IMG/VR virus record: IMGVR_UViG_3300033508_000392
Coordinates: 1 to 62,421 of that record
Length of the DNA stretch: 62,421 nucleotides
Source of the DNA: a virus
Taxonomy: Duplodnaviria > Caudoviricetes
Direction: 5' to 3' (one strand)
A program made the translations under genes and the position numbers. The notes under the pieces were generated by a model that did no database searches, was not told the DNA's origin, and worked only from the letters and a program-made list of their open reading frames with translations. Below are positions 56,212-62,421 of this stretch, in pieces; position 1 is the first letter of the stretch; each line of letters opens with the position of its first letter.

Positions 56212-56682
56212 ATGGACCCAAGGAAATTAGATTCAAAAAATACACCAGCAAGGTGGAGAATTATTGGTAAGGACCTTATTGAAAATGATCCAACGCATCT
56301 TGCAGAACTTGAACCAGGCTATCGTGCTGTTCTTGAGAAGGCAGCTGATTATGCTTCTCGAGAAGAGTTTGGTATTGGTAACCAACCAGATGTTGGTAGT
56401 GAGGCAAAACCTGTTCCTGTCTTAGTCAAAACTGTAGATCTTACTGGCCCAATTGATCAAGAAACATTAGCTGTTGGTGATGATTTGGTGTTCGGTGTTA
56501 CAGTTGCTCCAGTCGAAGCCGCAAATAAGACAGTTACATGGACATCGAGTGACACAGGAATTGCTACGGTTACTGCAGCTGGTAAAGTTACAGGAGTTGC
56601 TGTAGGAACAGTTAAAATTACTGTGCAAGCTAATGATTCAAACGGAGCCAAGAGTAGTACAAAAATTATCGTTGTTGCATAA
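56212..56682 (+). CDS. Ig-like (Big_2) domain virion protein
   Basis: TVAPVEAANKTVTWTSSDTGIATVTAAGKVTGVAVGTVKITV. Confidence 0.85.
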   Translation: MDPRKLDSKNTPARWRIIGKDLIENDPTHLAELEPGYRAVLEKAADYASREEFGIGNQPDVGSEAKPVPVLVKTVDLTGPIDQETLAVGDDLVFGVTVAPVEAANKTVTWTSSDTGIATVTAAGKVTGVAVGTVKITVQANDSNGAKSSTKIIVVA

Positions 56683-56691
56683 GGATAAGTC

Positions 56692-56862
56692 ATGAAAATT
56701 AAGATTGAAAAAAAGAGTGGGGAAAAATTTTTAATTCTCTTCTCTGACGATGAAAGAGATGTAAAAGGCTTTTTTGTCAACCGTTCCGAGCTTAGGCGTT
56801 TAGAGTCAAATTTAAATGAAATACTTGAGTACGGAAATGAGCAAGCTGGAGATGATATTTAA
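56692..56862 (+). CDS. Small hypothetical protein (56 aa)
   Basis: Read manually; AAGGA SD, fills gap. Confidence 0.55.
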   Translation: MKIKIEKKSGEKFLILFSDDERDVKGFFVNRSELRRLESNLNEILEYGNEQAGDDI

Positions 56863-56873
56863 GGAGTTATGGC

Positions 56874-58010
56874 GTGGCAGAATTTACCCAAGTTGAAAAA
56901 ATAAATTTAGCACTTAAAGCCATCTTTGGTCTCCAGGGCACCTGGAATACAGATCCACCAAATGGTTTTCATTGGTCTCAAGAGGAATATGCTTATCAGC
57001 AGTGGACGTTAAATGATGAAATAATCATGGAGACAATTCCCAGAGCGGATACTGCAGCACAAGCTGCTATAAACATTGCTACCAACCCTGGAATGATTCA
57101 GGAAGCTCAGTTGAAATTGTCCGTTGTTCCTGGTACGAACGGTAGAGCTTGGGCTGCCTTCAAAACCTATAATAATAAGGACTCTGGAGTAAATGGTGAT
57201 TGGATTCAACCTCAGATGTTTGGTAGAGGATATGCTCTACGTCTCTATGAAGATAACGGTACTCACAGCGATGCAATTCCAACGTCTGGTGCTCCAGGTA
57301 ATGAAATAGCAACAACAATGGGCACGTGGATTCCCAACTATAAGATGGGATTCCTTATACTTGGAGATGCAACAACTGTTCCAGCTATGGGATGGACTTC
57401 CCCACTATGGGTTAATGTTTATCGCTATATTGGTCCAAAAGGTGTTACCGGCTCATCAGCCGGTGTTTCGCTCGATGACGCATATAATAACGGTAGAACG
57501 ATTACAATTGATGAAGGTCCAGTTGTTTTTAACGCAACTACAGGTTATGCATCTTTACAAATTACTCCGGTTGTATCAGCACCAACACAAAATCTCCAAG
57601 AAGGACAAATTACTATAGTTGGTGGTGTACAATATCAATACAACTCCACTAAGAATAAGTGGCTTTCTATTAGTAAAGAATCCGCATCTTTCACGGGAAG
57701 GTTTGGATGTGGTAACTATCTCTCCTCTGATAAACACGGTAGTATAGGAAGTGGTTTTACTCTTCTGAAGAATGGTACAATCACTGGTCTTACAGCTATT
57801 GTTGGTTGGGGTGCCCAGAATAAAAAATTCTATATAATGAAAAATGGTGTTCATACCTCACTCCAATCATTTACGATGGTTGGAGGAAAGATTATTGACG
57901 CTACATTAAATTTAGACGTGAATGCTGGTGATACAGTTCAAATTTATTTTGAACCAGGAGCGCAAGCTTTTTCACCACGTGTAAATCTTGAAATATCGTG
58001 GAGATTGTAA
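56874..58010 (+). CDS. Putative tail-fibre-associated structural protein
   Basis: C-terminal ~130 aa homologous to the C-terminus of 58570..62043 (YQY...KWLS...NGTI..LTA...NAGD..Q). Confidence 0.65.
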   Translation: MAEFTQVEKINLALKAIFGLQGTWNTDPPNGFHWSQEEYAYQQWTLNDEIIMETIPRADTAAQAAINIATNPGMIQEAQLKLSVVPGTNGRAWAAFKTYNNKDSGVNGDWIQPQMFGRGYALRLYEDNGTHSDAIPTSGAPGNEIATTMGTWIPNYKMGFLILGDATTVPAMGWTSPLWVNVYRYIGPKGVTGSSAGVSLDDAYNNGRTITIDEGPVVFNATTGYASLQITPVVSAPTQNLQEGQITIVGGVQYQYNSTKNKWLSISKESASFTGRFGCGNYLSSDKHGSIGSGFTLLKNGTITGLTAIVGWGAQNKKFYIMKNGVHTSLQSFTMVGGKIIDATLNLDVNAGDTVQIYFEPGAQAFSPRVNLEISWRL

Positions 58011-58549
58011 TGAATTTAAAAAAATTAAGCACATACTTGAATGAAGAAAAAGTATCGCAAGAAGAACTTGCTGGATTGATTGGATTGGCAAATGAACATG
58101 GTGTTAGGTTTCCAGACAACTATACTTCTTTGGTACAGAGAGGCGCTTTTGTGGGATTGGATAGAGAAATGTATAATGAAATTAAGAAATGGATTCTCGA
58201 TAATAGTAGGAGATAGTAAATGAATTTTAATAAGGCTACGAAAAATCTTTTATCTGAAATGGATATGAGCACAAATACTGCAATGGCCAAGAATACTGAT
58301 TTAATGAGTGGCGAACAAGGTGATAGCAAAAAAATCCAACTTATGAGAAAGATGGGAGCTGACGAAAAAGTTATCGCTCGATGGAAGACCTCAGAAGCCA
58401 GGGGTATATCATTTGAATCATTTTTAATTGGTTTAATTGATGAAATTAAGAATGGAGCTCCTACTGATGATAAAATAGATGTTAATAGCTTAGACGATGA
58501 TGATGACATGATTGGCGGATTTGTAAGTAAAAAATTTACTAGAGATTAA
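58010..58549 (+). other. Two small hypothetical ORFs (58010-58216, 58220-58549), possible internal head proteins
   Basis: N-termini MNLKKLSTYLNE and MNFNKATKNLLSE. Confidence 0.55.
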
Positions 58550-58569
58550 TAAAAAAATGGAGTTGATAG

Positions 58570-61500
58570 ATGACCTATTATCTTAAGAATACATCTGGAA
58601 CTACGGTAACTCTTCGAGACCTGGGTATTGTCCTCATAGACAATACTTCATTGCCCATAGATAGTAATGATATTACAGGCTGGTTGACACCAGATATGGC
58701 TGATGCACTTAACACTCCATCAGATTTAATACTTGGAACAACAGATATTGGTGATTCTTCGGGAGATTTTACTCCAGAAAATGCCATTCTTGCATTATCT
58801 TTAATTTCTAAGGTTGATAGAGACAATCCAACTAGAACAACTTTTACTCAAGCCTCAGATGCTGATCCGAACACAGACATAACAGCTGCAGAAGCAGAAG
58901 AATTAACAAATGGTTCAGATACTATACTCCATAACCATGATAATAGATACTATACAGAAACAGAACTCTCAACATCACATACCGGTACTGTAAAAATACA
59001 CTGGGATAATATTATTAATGCTCCGCAAACTGGAGCACCAGAGTGGCAAGAACCTGTCAATTGTATAACTGTTCAGGTTTCTGGTTCTCCTCCTACTGGA
59101 ATAAATGGCAATTTTTATATGGACACCGATAATAACCATCTTTATAAATATGATGGTACAGCGTGGCAAGATTTAGGTGTGCCCAGTCCAGGTATGAGAT
59201 TTGTTGATGCCAATTCCGATGAAATTTATGAATGGGCTGGTAGTGCCTGGACAACGACAACTCCACAGGCTAATTGGTCTGTTTTAGTTCAAGACGATGG
59301 TGATGGCAAGGGTGCCCAATATGTTTACGATGGTATAAAATGGACAAAGATTGCTGATGTTGACTGGGGAACACATTCAAGTATTGGTGGCAGAGATGTT
59401 GCAAATTCACACCCTGCCTATGCTATTTCTTATGATAATTCTATTTCTGGTCTAGCAAATAATATAGATACAGTTCAAGAAGCTTTAGATTACATTTCAC
59501 TCAATAACGGTGTTGAGTTGGATAATATAATGGTTGTATCTAAAAATGGTGATGATAACAAATTAGGTGTTGTTCTTGGTACTTTTGCTAATCCTTTCCG
59601 TACCGTCCAGAAAGCTATTGATTCCGTACCAACAACTGGTCCCAAGGCTGCAACAATAGACAACTGTTATCTAGTTCTTATTATGCCAGGTGAATATGTT
59701 GAAAATGTTAATACATCGAAAGAATACGTATTTATTTCCGGTTGGGATAGAGATGCCACAATAATTACTTCTTCTTCTGGTGATACTCTTACTATTTCAA
59801 CTACTGGCGAAAAATCGACTGGTATTAATAATATTACAATCGAAACAACGTCTACAAACGCTTCCGATAATGCTATTCATCTAAATGGTAATAACCCACA
59901 AATTAAAGATGCAAATATTAAGGCAACGGCCGGTGCAAGAACGGTTTATATTTCTGGTTCATATAATTATACCTTTAACAGAGTTAAAATGTATGACGGT
60001 ATCGTGCGTATTGATAATGGTTCTGTAGACTTATTTGCCTCCCTAGTAACAGGTGCACAAACTGTAATTACAAACGGTACAGTTTTGATAAGAGATTCTA
60101 GATTTCAATATTCTAACGGGGATGTAATCGTTCAATCTGGTGGTACAGTAAGATTCCTTTTCGGTAAAATTGCGTCTAATGGTACATTTAAAGACTATAA
60201 TCAAACATCTGGAGCTGTTGCCTGGGGATGGGTAGATTGTGATAATACAAAAACTGTATTTAATGGAACTTTCGATCTTATTTTTAAATCAAAAAATCTT
60301 TCTTATGACAACTCAATTTCTCATCTTATCGCTACCAATGTTCAAAATGCTATCGATGAAATTGATCAAAATGTCGATATCACAGTAACGAATCTTGGTA
60401 ATCATATTGGTAATAATAATAATCCTCATACTGTAACTTTTACGCAAGCTTCTATTGCTGATCCGAATACAGATATAACGGCGTTAGAAGCTGAAACACT
60501 AACCAATGGTTCTAGTGCTGATACTTTGCACTTCCATAACGCAACAAATATTGTTTATAATAAGAATACTGCAAACGTTTTAGAAACAACAAACGTACAA
60601 GATGCTGTTGATTATATTGTTAAATATTACCGCGTTCAACCAAAGAATGTTATTTTTATTGCAAAAAATGGTGATAATACTGAATTACCAAACGGTCATA
60701 CTGGAAGTTTTGGTTCTCCATATCTTACTATTCAAGCAGCTGTCAATAAGATTGAATTTAACAATGACAACTCTCTTACAAATCCTTATATTGTTTGGAT
60801 TGGTCCTGGTCTATATACAGAAACAGTCATTTTGAATGATAACCGTCTGGATAATATTGCTTTTGTTGGTAATAATGCTATCATACAATCTTCTGGCGTC
60901 GCAGTTCGTTCCTCTCTTCTCAACGGTGGATTTTCTAAGCTTGAATTTGAAAATATTGTTATTGATGGCGATGTATATTTTGAGGGTTCTGTAAACGGTG
61001 GTACAACATTTGATGCCGTTTGCAAGTTTAAGAATTCAGAAATTCTTGGTGATATTGGAGTTAAAAATCTAGTCTCGTTAGAATTTGAAGATGTATATAT
61101 CAATGGTAATCTTTCTGTTGAAAATGTATCCGACTTAGTTAATAGAAACGTTAGATATGAATCTGGTAATACAATTAACATCTCCTACAACTCATCAAAT
61201 CCTAAGCCGATCAACTGTGTTCAAACTCACCTTATGATTAATGATTCAAACATTAAGGCAAGTTTGGTTGTTTCTCTAGGAAGTGTAGTTGAAGTATTTA
61301 ATTCAACACTTGGCTCATCCTCATCAACAACAACAACCAACGGTATTATAATAACACAGGATGGTTGGCTTGGTGCCGGTTCAACAATAGTAAATGCTAC
61401 TGGTGAATTACAGACTCGCGGTACATTCTTTGATAAACCAAAATTAACTATAAATCCTTCTGGTATCTGGCACAACGAAACAAAGTCAGACGTTGTCTTC

Positions 61501-62043
61501 TACAACAACGCCATCACGCTCATCCCAGCAGATAATGTTCAAGATGCAATCGATAATCTTAAGGGAAGGATTGATGCATTCAAAATCCCTAAGGGTACTG
61601 TATTCCCAACTCCGGCTGAAGATGCCGACCTCTTCTATAGAACCGATAGAAGTATTACCTATCAATATGATGGAACAAGAAGCAAGTGGTTGTCAACAAC
61701 TCAGATGACCTATGATTGGGGTGCTGCTAATGCTGATGGTAAATATTTGAATATACATGGGGCCGTCAGTACTATGTCTGGTTATCTCATGCCAAGAAAC
61801 GGAACAATAATAACTCTTACAGCAAAAACTGCTTCTGGTAATCAAACAAAAGATATTGAGATAAGAAGAAATAACGACTCGACAAATGCGTTGAGGACTT
61901 TTACTCTTACTTCAGGATCATTTAGTTCTGTTACTGAGAATGTTAATTTCAATGCAGGAGATTATTTACAAGCTTTTGCTATATCTAATAGTACACCTGC
62001 TAGAGATATTGTCGTAGTTGCTACAATTTGCTGGAGAGATTAG
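58570..62043 (+). CDS. Large tail fibre/tailspike-like protein with two pectin-lyase-like beta-helix regions and internal repeats
   Basis: Two V(S/A)KNGD...G....P..T(V/I)Q.A modules; repeated TFTQAS.ADPNTDITA.EAE.LTNGS and (T/N)VQ.A.D motifs. Confidence 0.75.
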   Translation: MTYYLKNTSGTTVTLRDLGIVLIDNTSLPIDSNDITGWLTPDMADALNTPSDLILGTTDIGDSSGDFTPENAILALSLISKVDRDNPTRTTFTQASDADPNTDITAAEAEELTNGSDTILHNHDNRYYTETELSTSHTGTVKIHWDNIINAPQTGAPEWQEPVNCITVQVSGSPPTGINGNFYMDTDNNHLYKYDGTAWQDLGVPSPGMRFVDANSDEIYEWAGSAWTTTTPQANWSVLVQDDGDGKGAQYVYDGIKWTKIADVDWGTHSSIGGRDVANSHPAYAISYDNSISGLANNIDTVQEALDYISLNNGVELDNIMVVSKNGDDNKLGVVLGTFANPFRTVQKAIDSVPTTGPKAATIDNCYLVLIMPGEYVENVNTSKEYVFISGWDRDATIITSSSGDTLTISTTGEKSTGINNITIETTSTNASDNAIHLNGNNPQIKDANIKATAGARTVYISGSYNYTFNRVKMYDGIVRIDNGSVDLFASLVTGAQTVITNGTVLIRDSRFQYSNGDVIVQSGGTVRFLFGKIASNGTFKDYNQTSGAVAWGWVDCDNTKTVFNGTFDLIFKSKNLSYDNSISHLIATNVQNAIDEIDQNVDITVTNLGNHIGNNNNPHTVTFTQASIADPNTDITALEAETLTNGSSADTLHFHNATNIVYNKNTANVLETTNVQDAVDYIVKYYRVQPKNVIFIAKNGDNTELPNGHTGSFGSPYLTIQAAVNKIEFNNDNSLTNPYIVWIGPGLYTETVILNDNRLDNIAFVGNNAIIQSSGVAVRSSLLNGGFSKLEFENIVIDGDVYFEGSVNGGTTFDAVCKFKNSEILGDIGVKNLVSLEFEDVYINGNLSVENVSDLVNRNVRYESGNTINISYNSSNPKPINCVQTHLMINDSNIKASLVVSLGSVVEVFNSTLGSSSSTTTTNGIIITQDGWLGAGSTIVNATGELQTRGTFFDKPKLTINPSGIWHNETKSDVVFYNNAITLIPADNVQDAIDNLKGRIDAFKIPKGTVFPTPAEDADLFYRTDRSITYQYDGTRSKWLSTTQMTYDWGAANADGKYLNIHGAVSTMSGYLMPRNGTIITLTAKTASGNQTKDIEIRRNNDSTNALRTFTLTSGSFSSVTENVNFNAGDYLQAFAISNSTPARDIVVVATICWRD

Positions 62044-62070
62044 CATAATTAAATTATAAATAGTTAATAA

Positions 62071-62104
62071 TTTATCAATCAATCAAAATTGATTGATTGA
62101 TAAA
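62071..62104. repeat. Perfect 16-bp inverted repeat with 2-nt spacer
   Basis: TTTATCAATCAATCAA-AA-TTGATTGATTGATAAA. Confidence 0.85.
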
Positions 62105-62177
62105 ACAAAATTTTGTAAAGATAATAATATCAGATTATTGAGAATAAGATATGATGAATACATATTGGAGAGATTAA

Positions 62178-62421
62178 ATGAAATTTAATAAGTTGATTAA
62201 GGAAGTAAAAGGCAATCTTGGAAAAGGTGACCAGATTACAATTCCAGGTAATTCAAGTGTTTGGACTATAGAAGATGAAGATGATGAATATCTCCATATT
62301 AAGAATAATACAAACGATGAGAAGACATCTATATCAAAATATAAACTCATGGATATTAAGAAATTCCCCATCCTTGAATTTAAGACACAGGAAGAAAAGC
62401 AGGTAGAGATTGATAGATATA
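62178..62421 (+). CDS. Partial hypothetical protein (runs off window end)
   Basis: GGAG SD; MKFNKLIKEVKG... open to the end. Confidence 0.6.
   Translation, partial: MKFNKLIKEVKGNLGKGDQITIPGNSSVWTIEDEDDEYLHIKNNTNDEKTSISKYKLMDIKKFPILEFKTQEEKQVEIDRY

Noticed and set aside
1-62421. Stop-codon reassignment
   Set aside because: Conserved genes are full length in the standard code, and TAA, TAG and TGA all end genes at expected positions.
1-62421. CRISPR array
   Set aside because: No regularly spaced direct repeats seen; the repeats present are coding modules (endonucleases, Ser-rich starts, fibre repeats).

Overview
AT-rich, densely coded, mostly plus-strand segment of a large (jumbo-like) tailed phage genome. 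This is inferred from rIIA/rIIB, five free-standing homing-endonuclease-like genes, dozens of small ORFans and tail-fibre/Ig-domain genes at the right end; the standard genetic code fits. Main content: (i) clpS plus a clpA fractured at its Walker A motif by an atypically split intein (24-aa N piece, 137-aa C piece) with an antisense endonuclease gene between the halves; (ii) a dispersed NAD+ salvage set (NadM-Nudix, PnuC, NadR, PncA, Gln-dependent NadE, PncB, plus NADAR), in which five leaders share a covarying hairpin motif RTAG-[6 bp]-ANGGA-like loop-[6 bp]-YGAA, and nadE is split by a GIY-YIG gene with no visible splicing element; (iii) a 124-nt tmRNA-like RNA with an intact alanine tRNA-like domain but almost no mRNA-like domain, near a Pth2; (iv) a long archaeal/eukaryote-type topoisomerase IB; (v) a radical SAM enzyme, HD-CoaD, CoaE and four paralogs starting MKxRxGFVSNSSSSSF; (vi) three recurrent promoter-like motifs and a short AKxxLL-like peptide motif shared by many unrelated ORFans. 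All calls are by-eye motif recognition; no searches were run.
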